A DNA stretch of 60,522 nucleotides, counting the filler. It is 9 parts of 9 records of this genome, joined end to end, with 100 filler letters (N's around TTAATTAATTAA, not from the genome) between each part and the next. Parts side by side here need not be neighbours in the genome. Positions count along the whole stretch, not along the records: positions 25,094 to 31,343 come from SRR31156797_21096; positions 31,444 to 37,917 come from SRR31156797_21167; positions 38,018 to 46,654 come from SRR31156797_21180; 6 more parts are not named here. The stretch is one strand, 5' to 3'. The position numbers were made by a program, and so were the translations under genes. Within the stretch, counting starts at the first letter, position 1. Every line of letters begins with the position of its first letter. Below are positions 30,381 through 39,245 of the stretch, in pieces. A model generated the notes under the pieces. That model was given only the letters and a program-made list of their open reading frames with translations. It did not search any database and had not been told where the DNA came from.

Positions 30381-30920
30381 TTATTTTATAACAGTATAAA
30401 TATCGATTAAGTTTCGACCGTAGCCATCATAATCAAGTCCATACCCTACGATAAAATCGTTAGGAATTTTCATCCCCACATATTTCAAATCTACTTCCTT
30501 TTTAAGCGCATCCGGTTTAAGTAACAAAGTGGCAACCTGCACTTCTTTTGGATTCATCTTCGCCAACTGTTCCTGAATATTGTTAATGGTAATTCCGGTA
30601 TCAACAATATCTTCTAACACAACAACTGTTCTTCCCTCAATTTCCTCATTTAAGCCAATAAGTTGTTTTACTTTTCCAGTAGTTTTATCCCCTTCATATG
30701 AGGCTAGTTTTACAAACGAAATTTCCGACTCAACAAAATCAATCCGTTTGAAAAGTTCAGCTGCAAACATGAATGATCCATTAAGAATACAAAGGAAAAG
30801 CGGATCTTTTCCTTTCAGATCGTTATTCATTGTATCTGCCATTTGTTCAACAACCGAACGAATTTTCTCATATGGGATAAATAATTCAAATTCTTTATCC
30901 AGGATTTTAACCTTCTTCAT
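30381..30920 (-). CDS. hpt: Hypoxanthine phosphoribosyltransferase
   Basis: VVLEDIVDTGIT PRPP-binding motif; FIVGYGLDY. Confidence 0.95.
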   Translation of the reverse strand: MKKVKILDKEFELFIPYEKIRSVVEQMADTMNNDLKGKDPLFLCILNGSFMFAAELFKRIDFVESEISFVKLASYEGDKTTGKVKQLIGLNEEIEGRTVVVLEDIVDTGITINNIQEQLAKMNPKEVQVATLLLKPDALKKEVDLKYVGMKIPNDFIVGYGLDYDGYGRNLIDIYTVIK

Positions 30921-31007
30921 CTATGGTTTTGATTTTTATTAATTGCTAATTTGCTGTATTTTCGCGAAGAAAATAAAGGATACAAAGTAACAAATAAATT
31001 ATAAAAC

Positions 31008-31343
31008 ATGACTCCAAAAGTTAGTATTATTATGGGTAGCACATCCGATTTAAGTGTGATGGAGAAAGCTGCAAAACTGTTCGACGAATTTGAAATACCG
31101 TTCGAGATCAATGCATTATCGGCTCACCGCACACCGGAAGAGGTTGAAGTTTTTGCAAAAGGAGCAAAAGACAGGGGAATTAAAGTTATTATTGCCGGTG
31201 CAGGAATGGCTGCCCACCTACCGGGCGTAATTGCTGCAATGACCCCACTACCAGTAATTGGTGTACCAATTAATGCCAGCCTGTCGGGGTTCGATTCAAT
31301 TTTAGCAATCCTTCAAATGCCTCCGGGAATTCCGGTAGCAACA
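31008..31343 (+). CDS. purE: N5-CAIR mutase (partial)
   Basis: [33 protein letters not shown]. Confidence 0.96.
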
Positions 31344-31443
31344 NNNNNNNNNNNNNNNNNNNNNNNNNNNNNNNNNNNNNNNNNNNNTTAATTAATTAAN
31401 NNNNNNNNNNNNNNNNNNNNNNNNNNNNNNNNNNNNNNNNNNN
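31344..31443. other. Artificial contig linker
   Basis: N-run / TTAATTAATTAA / N-run. Confidence 0.99.
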
Positions 31444-32096
31444 CTCAATTTTACGACGCTCATGTTTTTGAGCGCGGCCCGATCCACGGTTTTTTTTGCG
31501 GCAGCCTTCTTTTCAGGGGCCTTTTCAATAACCGTTTCAGTCTCAGCTTCCCGGTTGTCGTCGATAACCGTTTCAGCTTTAGTTTCAGCTGTCTGGTCTT
31601 TGTCGATAACCGTTGTAACTTCGGCTTCAGGTTCTTTACCGGTAACCGGTTCAGCCTCTGCATCAGGGGCTTTGCTGATAACCGTTTCAGGCTCTGTTGA
31701 AGGGGCTTTGCCAGTAAGCGTTTCAGGCTCTGTCACAGACACCTTGTCTGTTCCAGGGTGTTCAGGCGCGGCCTGGTCACCCTTCGGTGCCGCGGGCGCG
31801 GGGCCTGCTTCCCCCGGCTCGGGTCCGGGCTCGAACACGGTTTCAAGGCCCTCGCCGGTTCTCCCGATCACGGTTGTGGAGCGCACCGTGCCCAGCCGTG
31901 TGGCGGCCGCCTTGCCTGCGTCAACCGCAGATGAAACAGCGCTGATGTCCCCGACGATCATGATGGTGACAAGGCCTGCGCCGATCATCTCCAACCCCTT
32001 CAACTCCACATCTGCGGATTTAACGGCGGCGTCGGCCCCCTCGATGGCAGGAACCAGACCGAGGGTTTCCACAAGTCCAAGGGCTTTTTGTTCCAT
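31444..32096 (-). CDS. BMC-H microcompartment shell protein with long repetitive C-terminal extension (3' truncated)
   Basis: KALGLVETLGLVPAIEGADAAVKSADV...GLVTIMIVGDISAVSSAVDAG BMC domain; GAAAGGA RBS. Confidence 0.92.
31510..31735 (-). repeat. Degenerate coding tandem repeat, about six units of 36-42 bp
   Basis: Recurrent (G/A)ATAACCGTTTCAG core on the + strand, encoding PETLTGKAPSTE / PETVISKAPDAE / AEPVTGKEPEAE and similar units. Confidence 0.8.
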
Positions 32097-32203
32097 CCTA
32101 ATCCTTTCATTAGCTAAAACTAACTTATTAAAATCCCAGTTGAGCCCCATTAAGCAAAAAATAAATTGATGCATAATGGACACATACTTCAATTTTTCGT
32201 GGG

Positions 32204-32234
32204 AGCATATCTTTTCCCCTAAGGGGAATGTCAA
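32204..32234 (-). promoter_or_regulatory. MerR-type promoter/operator: TTGACA, 19-nt spacer with palindrome TTCCCCT-N-AGGGGAA, TATGCT
   Basis: -35 at 32229-32234, -10 at 32204-32209, perfect 15-bp dyad at 32214-32228; divergent merR gene. Confidence 0.88.
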
Positions 32235-32294
32235 TGTATGTTTTTAAAAAAAAATAAAATATTTATGGGAGGTTTTTGCGGGATTTTCGAAATG

Positions 32295-32632
32295 TTATCC
32301 CGGATATCCCGTTCTGTGCCGGCTGACTGTTTCCATGGAATTGTGAACCGGTCGCTCAATTGCGCCGAACGGGGTTCCGTGACAAGATGACTGATCAATG
32401 GGCGTTCCGGGCCGTTTTATATGCGGTTTCCCATGGGCAGGACCATTGTCGTCTTCCCCGGGAACGAAACGATTTAATTGCAATCGGGCGATAAATCGGC
32501 AGGGACGATGGGCCAGGTCCGGGGAAACAAACTGAATATGGTTCAAAAAATTCTTTTAAATCCAGATCGTTCCGTAGTAAGTTAGGCCAGAGTGGCAAGC
32601 TTCCCGGAATCAACGGCCTAAATCCGGGATAA
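32295..32632. mobile_element. Possible MITE-like insertion (11-bp terminal inverted repeats, 5-bp flanking direct repeat)
   Basis: TTATCCCGGAT (32295-32305) / ATCCGGGATAA (32622-32632), flanked by AAATG at 32290-32294 and 32633-32637. Confidence 0.3.
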
Positions 32633-32741
32633 AAATGATAAGAAGGAGAGTGGATACGCAGTGGGTCCGATACCGTGCAGGCAATGGACCATCGAACAAA
32701 AAATGGACGCCTGATACATTACCAAGCGAAGAGGCTAGTTT

Positions 32742-33578
32742 ATGAAATATAAAGATAGATATTCCATCGGAGAAGTGAGTCGGTTCTGTAACATCTCAAA
32801 AAAGGCACTTCGATATTATGACAAAATTGGTCTAATTAAATCCGAGCGGGACTGCATCAATAATTACAGGTATTATTCCAATGAATCCTTATTGGCTGTC
32901 CCTGTAATAAAATATTATAAGCAGATGGGATTTAAACTTGATGAAATGCGGGAGTTCATCGAGGGTAGTGTATATAAGGCGATTAAAAAATCCTTTGAAT
33001 CAAAGATTGACGAGCTTGAAAAAACACAGGAAGAGATCCGCAGAAAGTATGTATCCGTCAAGGACTGGTATGACCTGATCCTGGAAGCGGAGATGGTAAT
33101 AGATAATGAGATTCAGGAAGTGGCTGTCAAATATGTTGAATCTTCGAATTATCTCTATCTGGATCAGACCTTTAATAATGAAATCATGGAATCCATTATC
33201 AATATTGAATTTACCAATTATGTGGAACAGGTAAACAATGAGATAACTGGGCCTGTCATGATCAATTTTTCTTCCTTTAAAGACCGCATGGAGAACAAGA
33301 GTCAAAAGGTGAAAATCATGCAGAAAACCTTAATGGAATGTAAGGATGATGAAAAAACGTCCTTTGGCGGACAGATGATGATTTCCTGTTATCACATCGG
33401 TGCCCATGAAAACATTGATGAAACATATGAAAAAATATGCCGTTGGGCGAAGAAGCACAGGTATAATCTTGGTGAAGAGTCCTACGAAAGATATGTTACG
33501 GATTACTGGACAACCCGGAACAGCGCGCAATTCGTAACAGAGGTGATGATGAAAGTTTCAAGAAACAACCATTTATAG
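32742..33578 (+). CDS. MerR-family regulator with C-terminal GyrI-like effector domain
   Basis: YSIGEVSRFCNISKKALRYYDKIGLI...NNYRYYS; C-terminal YHIGAHENIDETYEKI...ERY. Confidence 0.93.
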   Translation: MKYKDRYSIGEVSRFCNISKKALRYYDKIGLIKSERDCINNYRYYSNESLLAVPVIKYYKQMGFKLDEMREFIEGSVYKAIKKSFESKIDELEKTQEEIRRKYVSVKDWYDLILEAEMVIDNEIQEVAVKYVESSNYLYLDQTFNNEIMESIINIEFTNYVEQVNNEITGPVMINFSSFKDRMENKSQKVKIMQKTLMECKDDEKTSFGGQMMISCYHIGAHENIDETYEKICRWAKKHRYNLGEESYERYVTDYWTTRNSAQFVTEVMMKVSRNNHL

Positions 33579-33971
33579 TGCCCCTCCCCTGAGTCCGTCC
33601 CCGGAAAGATGGAAAGCCGCTTTCCATCAATAAAAAGATCAATAAAATTTAATCCCTCAAATATACACCAGGCCCTGCAGGGAACCCATGCCGTAATCCT
33701 GCCGGGCCTGGTCGGCATTTCATCGTTCAAAACCCGCTAACCACGGTATTGTTTAGGGGGGGCTGCGGATTCCGGTGATAATGGTTGTCCCATAGGGGAA
33801 GGTTGGTCTTCCGGGAACGGATGACTGGGCGTCCGGTCCCCTTCTCCCGGGGCAACCGCCTTTGGGCTTGAAAAGTTATGACAAGTGTCTTGCCAATCAT
33901 TTTTTTTTCTGTCAATCTGAGATGCAATACCATCCTTCAATTCATATGATTTCAATCAAAGGAGTTTCCCC

Positions 33972-34901
33972 ATGAAAGTCTCTTTGTTGAAAGCCGTTTT
34001 GTTTGCAGTTCTGATCTCGTTGGTTGTACCGGTCCCCAGCCGGGCATTGTCCGGGGAAAAACCGGTGGTCGTGGCCTCCACCACCCAGATTGCGGATTTT
34101 GCAAGACAGATTGCCGGTGACCAGGCCATTGTCAAAAGCATTCTGGCTCCGGGGGCGGATCCCCATACCTACAAGGTCACCCCAAATGACGTTCAGATCG
34201 TGCTCGGGGCGGATCTTTGCATCGAGAACGGCCTGCACCTGGAAGGCAAGAGTTGGATGGCCACCCTTGCCAGGGATGCGAAGAAGCCCCTGATCACCGC
34301 CACCACAGGGGTTCGTCTTCTTTCCATTGACAGTGGCGGCCAGTCCATTACCGATCCCCATGCCTGGTTCTCTCCTAAAAATGCAGCGGTTTACGTGAAC
34401 AATATCATCAAGGGGCTGACTCGCCTGACCCCGGAAAACAAGGAGCTCTACGAGGCCCGGGGCAAACTGTTCCTTCAGCAGCTGCGGGTCCTGGACGCCT
34501 GGATCAGGGAACAGGTGAACCGGATTCCGCCCCGGCAGCGGATTCTGGTGACCACCCACGATGCCTTCAATTATTTCTGCCGGGAATACAAGTTCAACGA
34601 GAACAACGACTTTTTGTCCATCGCACCGGTGGGATGGTCCACGGGGGCAGAGGTCGGTGCCGGGATCACCCCGGAACGCCGCCGTAAAGTGGTCCGGTCC
34701 ATCAAGGAGTCCGGCGCCCCTGCCATTTTTGTGGAGACCACCATCAACCCCAAGCAGATCCGGGAAATCGCGAAGGAAACCGGGGTAAAAATCGGCGGGG
34801 AGCTGTATTCCGACTCCATGGGGCCGGAAGGGTCTGCCGGTGAAACCTATATCGGCATGATGCGGGAAAACACCCTGCTCATTGTCAATGCACTTAAATA
34901 G
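33972..34901 (+). CDS. Mn/Zn/Fe ABC transporter substrate-binding protein (TroA/ZnuA family)
   Basis: GADPHTY, NGLHLE, DPHAW, TTHDAFNYF and LYSDS (His/His/His/Asp ligand set). Confidence 0.95.
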   Translation: MKVSLLKAVLFAVLISLVVPVPSRALSGEKPVVVASTTQIADFARQIAGDQAIVKSILAPGADPHTYKVTPNDVQIVLGADLCIENGLHLEGKSWMATLARDAKKPLITATTGVRLLSIDSGGQSITDPHAWFSPKNAAVYVNNIIKGLTRLTPENKELYEARGKLFLQQLRVLDAWIREQVNRIPPRQRILVTTHDAFNYFCREYKFNENNDFLSIAPVGWSTGAEVGAGITPERRRKVVRSIKESGAPAIFVETTINPKQIREIAKETGVKIGGELYSDSMGPEGSAGETYIGMMRENTLLIVNALK

Positions 34902-34912
34902 GACGGTTTCCC

Positions 34913-35419
34913 ATGCGCTTTATTCTCAGTCTGGTGATATGGATTGTGGTTGTCGGCGGCATGTGGGTTTATACCTGGCACCGGGATGCAGGGCTGCCGG
35001 AAGGCCCGTCGGCGGTACAAGCGGCGGAACGGATTGAAGGGGAGTATCTGCTGGAAATCACCCCGACCTTTTCCATTGAAAAAGATCCCTTTGCCCTGGA
35101 TACCGGGACCCGGGACGACGCCCTGCTGACCCTGACCCTGAACGGCGGCGGTCTTGGGGTGCCGGAAGGGGAAATCCTCCGGGGAAAGAAAATTCGGATC
35201 CGGGACCTGCCCGGGCTCCAGCCCGGAAGTAATGAAATTTACGTCAAGGCCAGTCCGCCGTTGGCGGAAAACATGATGGACCACGGCGTGCGGGTCCGGC
35301 TGCTGGACCGGGGAGCGGTAATCCTGGACAATACCGTCTGGGGAGACGGGGGCGCCCTGGTGTCCGGCACCGTCCGTTTCAGGCTTACGTCACCCGGGGA
35401 GGAAAGCCATGACCACTGA
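34913..35419 (+). CDS. Hypothetical membrane-anchored protein within the metal ABC operon
   Basis: N-terminal TM helix followed by a beta-rich domain; overlaps the downstream ATPase start. Confidence 0.75.
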   Translation: MRFILSLVIWIVVVGGMWVYTWHRDAGLPEGPSAVQAAERIEGEYLLEITPTFSIEKDPFALDTGTRDDALLTLTLNGGGLGVPEGEILRGKKIRIRDLPGLQPGSNEIYVKASPPLAENMMDHGVRVRLLDRGAVILDNTVWGDGGALVSGTVRFRLTSPGEESHDH

Positions 35420-36173
35420 TAGCCCCTTTGCCATAGAAGTTGAACACCTTACCGTCAGTTACGGTGCCCGTCCGGCCCTGCTGGATGTCAGTGTGAACAT
35501 TGAGACGGATCAGCTGGTGGGGATCATCGGTCCCAACGGGGCCGGAAAGTCTACCTTTATAAAGGCGGTCCTCGGCTTTGTCAGGCCGGATCTGGGCACT
35601 GTCCGCATCAACGGGACCGATGCCCGGAAGGCAAAGGGCCAGGTGGCCTATGTGCCCCAGCGGGGGGCCGTGGACTGGGATTTCCCCATCACGGTCCGGG
35701 AGGTGGCCCTCATGGGCCGGTATCAGCAGATCCCCTGGTATGCATCCCCCCGGAAAACAGACTGGGATGCGGCCATTGGCGCCCTGGATATGGTCCGGAT
35801 GACGGAATTTGCAGACCGGCAGATCGGGGAACTCTCCGGCGGCCAGCAGCAGCGGGTCTTCATGGCAAGGGCCCTTGCCCAGGGCAGTGATATCCTTCTC
35901 CTGGACGAGCCCTTTGCCGGTGTGGATGCCGCCACCGAGCGGGCCATCCTCGAGGTGCTGGAGCGGGCCAAAAAAGTGGGCAAAACCCTGGTGGTGGTTC
36001 ACCATGACCTGTCCTCCGCCGCGGAATACTTTGACAAGCTCATGCTCATCAAGCAACGGCTCTATGCCTATGGCGAGTCGGCTGCCGTGCTTCAGGAGGA
36101 TCTGCTCAGCCAGGTCTACGAGGGCCGGTTGAGGATTTTCAGGGAGGTTCTGGAAAAGGAGGCGTCCCGATGA
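35409..36173 (+). CDS. Metal ABC transporter ATP-binding protein
   Basis: GPNGAGKST, YVPQR, LSGGQQQR, LLDEPF, VHHDL. Confidence 0.96.
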   Translation: MTTDSPFAIEVEHLTVSYGARPALLDVSVNIETDQLVGIIGPNGAGKSTFIKAVLGFVRPDLGTVRINGTDARKAKGQVAYVPQRGAVDWDFPITVREVALMGRYQQIPWYASPRKTDWDAAIGALDMVRMTEFADRQIGELSGGQQQRVFMARALAQGSDILLLDEPFAGVDAATERAILEVLERAKKVGKTLVVVHHDLSSAAEYFDKLMLIKQRLYAYGESAAVLQEDLLSQVYEGRLRIFREVLEKEASR

Positions 36174-37435
36174 TCGATCTGTTTATCGCGCCCCTTGGCG
36201 AGATCTATTTCCAGAAAGCACTGATCGGGGGCTCCATCGTGGCCGTGGTGGCCGGCGTGGTCGGCTGCCTTGTGGTCCTCAGGCGGATGGCCTTTCTGGG
36301 GGATGCCCTTTCCCACGCCATGATCGCCGGGGTGGCCGGGGGGTACCTTGTGATGAAGATGTTTTTCGGCCTGGAGGCCCATGCCCCGGGCATGCTGCTG
36401 GGATCGTTGATCGCCGCGGTCTCCACCGTGGCCCTCATCAGTTTTGTTTCCCGGATATCCCGGGTCAAAGAGGATACGGCCATCGGCATCATGTATACGG
36501 GAATCTTTGCCTTGGGTGTGGTGGCGGTCTCCATTTTCCGTCACTATATCCATATCGATCTCATGCATTTCATCATGGGCGATATCCTCGGGGTGGCAGA
36601 CACGGATCTCTGGGTGTCGGCCTTTGTGGCGGCGGTTGTGCTGACCGTTCTGATCTTTTTTTTCCGGCATTTTCAACTGGCCACCTTTGATCCGGTCATG
36701 GCCGCCTCCATCGGGCTGCCCGTGGTGCTGCTGGATTATGTGCTGACCACCTGCGTCTCCCTGGTGGTGGTCAGCGCGGTCAGCATGGTGGGGGTGATCC
36801 TGGTGGTGGGGCTTTTGATTACCCCGTCGGCCACCGCCTACCTGCTCAGTGACCGCCTGGATAAAATGATGGTGTTGGCAGCCCTGTTCGGCGTCACCAG
36901 CGTTATCGGCGGTTTATATCTTTGCGTCTGGCTTGATTCGGCCGGCGGCGGTGCCATCATGCTGTTTTGCACCCTTCAGTTTCTTGTGGTGCTCATCGTG
37001 GCGCCTAAATACGGTCTGCTCTCCCGGTGGCTGCGCATGCGCAACCTGGTGCCCCAGCAGCATATCGAGGATGTCCTGACCTCCGTGCTCAGGTTCGGCA
37101 AACCCGCCCCGGTGGTGGAGATCCGGCAATATCTGGAACAGGTGAAGGGACTGGATAAAGTGTTGAAGCGGATGGTCCGGGACGGTCTTCTGGTGGCGTC
37201 TGCATCCGGATACGCCCTTACGGACAAGGGCGAAAAAGAGGCAAACAAGGTCCTGCGGGCCCACCGGCTCTGGGAAACCTATCTGGAGAGCATCGGGACC
37301 CCGGATACGGATCTCCATCCCACCGCCCACAAGCTCGAGCACCTCCGGGAAGGCGATACGGTGGAGTACCTGGACAAAAAGCTGGGCAGCCCGAAACTGG
37401 ACCGCCACGGCAAGGCCATTCCTCCAGGGGAATAG
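36170..37435 (+). CDS. Metal ABC permease fused to a C-terminal DtxR/MntR-like domain
   Basis: GDALSHA, FDP and GVILV (ABC-3 permease); LTDKG...LRAHRLWETYL...AHKLEH...LGSPKLDRHGKAIP (DtxR dimerisation/metal domain). Confidence 0.92.
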   Translation: MIDLFIAPLGEIYFQKALIGGSIVAVVAGVVGCLVVLRRMAFLGDALSHAMIAGVAGGYLVMKMFFGLEAHAPGMLLGSLIAAVSTVALISFVSRISRVKEDTAIGIMYTGIFALGVVAVSIFRHYIHIDLMHFIMGDILGVADTDLWVSAFVAAVVLTVLIFFFRHFQLATFDPVMAASIGLPVVLLDYVLTTCVSLVVVSAVSMVGVILVVGLLITPSATAYLLSDRLDKMMVLAALFGVTSVIGGLYLCVWLDSAGGGAIMLFCTLQFLVVLIVAPKYGLLSRWLRMRNLVPQQHIEDVLTSVLRFGKPAPVVEIRQYLEQVKGLDKVLKRMVRDGLLVASASGYALTDKGEKEANKVLRAHRLWETYLESIGTPDTDLHPTAHKLEHLREGDTVEYLDKKLGSPKLDRHGKAIPPGE

Positions 37436-37453
37436 GGGGATTCCGGTTCGCCG

Positions 37454-37917
37454 CTAAGCGCGGTACCGACCCAGGATGGTGTGGAATCCGGGGGTGTCAA
37501 CAAAGCGCTCCATGGTGAGGCCGACATTGTCAAAGAGTGCTTCCATCTCGTTTCTGCCGGGCAGTCGGTCGTTTGAGACCACGCTCTCGGTCTTGTGATG
37601 GGTGGCAAGTTCCGTGGATGACATGAGGTGGGCGATCACCAGGAGTCCGCCGGGCTTCAGGACCCGCACCAGGCTTTCAAGGGCCTTGGCCTTGTCCGGG
37701 AAGTGGGGAAAGCAGGCAAAGCAGATCACCCGGTCGCAATGGGCGTTTTCCAGGGGGATGTCGGTCACCGGGGAACAGATGAAGCGGATGTTGTCCCCCT
37801 TATGGAGGGCCTGGTTGACCTTGATCATCTCCTCGGCATAGTCCAGCTCGTAGAGGCGGCCGTCGGGGGAGAGCCGCTTAAGGAGGTAGGGGGCCAGCAC
37901 CCCGCTGCCGCATCCAG
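37454..37917 (-). CDS. Class I SAM-dependent methyltransferase (5' truncated)
   Basis: GCGSG at the contig edge, LDYAEEM, RVLKPGG. Confidence 0.9.
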
Positions 37918-38017
37918 NNNNNNNNNNNNNNNNNNNNNNNNNNNNNNNNNNNNNNNNNNNNTTAATTAATTAANNNNNNNNNNNNNNNNNNNNNNNNNNN
38001 NNNNNNNNNNNNNNNNN
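37918..38017. other. Artificial contig linker
   Basis: N-run / TTAATTAATTAA / N-run. Confidence 0.99.
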
Positions 38018-38063
38018 TCATCTATTCTGTCTTGCTCCGCAAGCCAATCATAGTGATTCACAG

Positions 38064-38288
38064 CAAAAAACTCGCCCTTGTTTTTTATACAAGGGCGAGT
38101 TTTGATTACACGCGGTACCACCTAAATTCGAGAAATGTTCTTCTCCTCTCGATTAACGCTCGGTCACGGAACAGCTTTTCTTCTGTTCATCTCCAGATTG
38201 TCTTTCCTTTACACGTCCTAAACTGCTTTCAGCCGGGGCAGTTTTCTCTTTTAAGGAATAGAATAAAGTACTCGATCCTTCACTGATT
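38064..38288 (-). ncRNA. T-box riboswitch leader (probable Asp specifier GAC)
   Basis: AGTA...AGAGA...GGCTGAAA stem I motifs; specifier loop GAAAGACA; T-box AATTTAGGTGGTACCGCG (38111-38128); terminator CTCGCCCTTG/CAAGGGCGAG plus U-run. Confidence 0.92.
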
Positions 38289-38303
38289 TTTGATATTATC
38301 TAT

Positions 38304-38332
38304 AAACTACAAGAAAGCTATGAAAAAGTCAA
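38304..38332 (-). promoter_or_regulatory. SigmaA promoter TTGACT-17-TAGTTT for the T-box leader
   Basis: Hexamers and spacing read directly; immediately upstream of stem I. Confidence 0.65.
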
Positions 38333-38481
38333 GGTGTTTCACTGTCTTTTTCACTCCGCTGCTTTCAAGTAGCGTTTTCTCTAGTAGTCAACGCAAAGAA
38401 GTTACCCTTCTGTTTGCTTTTCTTTCTTTTTGCGTTATGCTGAATAGCGAAGGTTTTGTTTCTATGAAAGGAGCTGTTTTT

Positions 38482-38916
38482 ATGTCTTTATATTCAGGCT
38501 ATATCCGTCAACCACACTACTATGAGACCGATCAAATGGCGATCATCCATCACGCCAATTATATCCGCTGGTTTGAAGAGGCCCGCGTGGAATTACTGGC
38601 GTTTTTGGATTTACCATATCATACCATCGAAGAAGCTGGCTTGATCGTTCCTGTGCTGGAAGTCAGTGCGCAATACAAAACGATGATTCGTTACGAAGAT
38701 GAGGTGCGAATCGATGTTTTGGTCGACAAATATACGGGCACGCGTTTGGATTTTCGCTATGAGATCTACAAAACTAGCGATGGTCAGTTGGCTACGACAG
38801 GGACTTCAAAGCATTGTTTTTTAGCAAAAGAGACCAATCGCATCGTGCAGCTGAAGCGTAGTTTTCCTGAAATCCATCAACGATTTGCTGATTATGCTGC
38901 CCTGTCAGGAGAATAA
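38482..38916 (+). CDS. Acyl-CoA thioesterase (YbgC/4HBT family)
   Basis: YYETDQMAIIHHANYIRWFEEAR; AAAGGAG RBS fixes the start at 38482. Confidence 0.92.
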   Translation: MSLYSGYIRQPHYYETDQMAIIHHANYIRWFEEARVELLAFLDLPYHTIEEAGLIVPVLEVSAQYKTMIRYEDEVRIDVLVDKYTGTRLDFRYEIYKTSDGQLATTGTSKHCFLAKETNRIVQLKRSFPEIHQRFADYAALSGE

Positions 38917-38948
38917 TCAATTCTGATCACTCATTTAAGTCAAAATCC

Positions 38949-38976
38949 TTGCTTTTTGAAACGGCTTTCGTATAAT
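38949..38976 (+). promoter_or_regulatory. SigmaA promoter TTGCTT-16-TATAAT
   Basis: Perfect -10, about 30 nt upstream of a small ORF. Confidence 0.65.
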
Positions 38977-39006
38977 CAAAAGTAATTTCAGGGAAGGATG
39001 ATGGCG

Positions 39007-39177
39007 ATGTACGTGATTAAAGTTTTGCATGGTTACATTGGCAAAGATGGTCGTCGCACTCGTGAAAAAATTCCAGACAAGTTATGGGTCTTTGAAGATC
39101 GGAAGCAGTCCGAAGCATTTGCAGATAAAATTGGTGGTCGCGTCAAACCGTTAACTGAAGTCAAACAGCATACGTAA
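39007..39177 (+). CDS. Small basic hypothetical protein (56 aa), absent from ORF track
   Basis: MYVIKVLHGYIGKDGRRTREKIPDKLWVFEDRKQSEAFADKIGGRVKPLTEVKQHT; own promoter, AAGGA RBS and terminator. Alternative in-frame ATGs at 38998 and 39001. Confidence 0.8.
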   Translation: MYVIKVLHGYIGKDGRRTREKIPDKLWVFEDRKQSEAFADKIGGRVKPLTEVKQHT

Positions 39178-39181
39178 AGAA

Positions 39182-39231
39182 ATAAGCCGTTATCGTCTTT
39201 TGCGCATAGACGATAGCGGCTTATCTTTTTT
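39182..39231. terminator. Intrinsic terminator, probably bidirectional
   Basis: ATAAGCCGTTATCGTC / GACGATAGCGGCTTAT plus T-run, between convergent genes. Confidence 0.8.
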
Positions 39232-39245
39232 ACTGCGTAAAAGGA

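Noticed and set aside
31510-31735. CRISPR-like 36-bp periodicity
   Set aside because: In-frame degenerate coding repeats with no unique spacers and no cas genes.
33812-33870. ZMP/ZTP riboswitch-like words (ATGACTGG...CCGCC..TGGGC)
   Set aside because: The segment folds as a simple hairpin, lacks the conserved junction and 3' stem, and precedes a metal transporter rather than purine or folate genes.
33917-33957. Zur/DtxR box upstream of the metal ABC operon
   Set aside because: Only a weak imperfect dyad (GAGATG...CATC); not distinguishable from chance.
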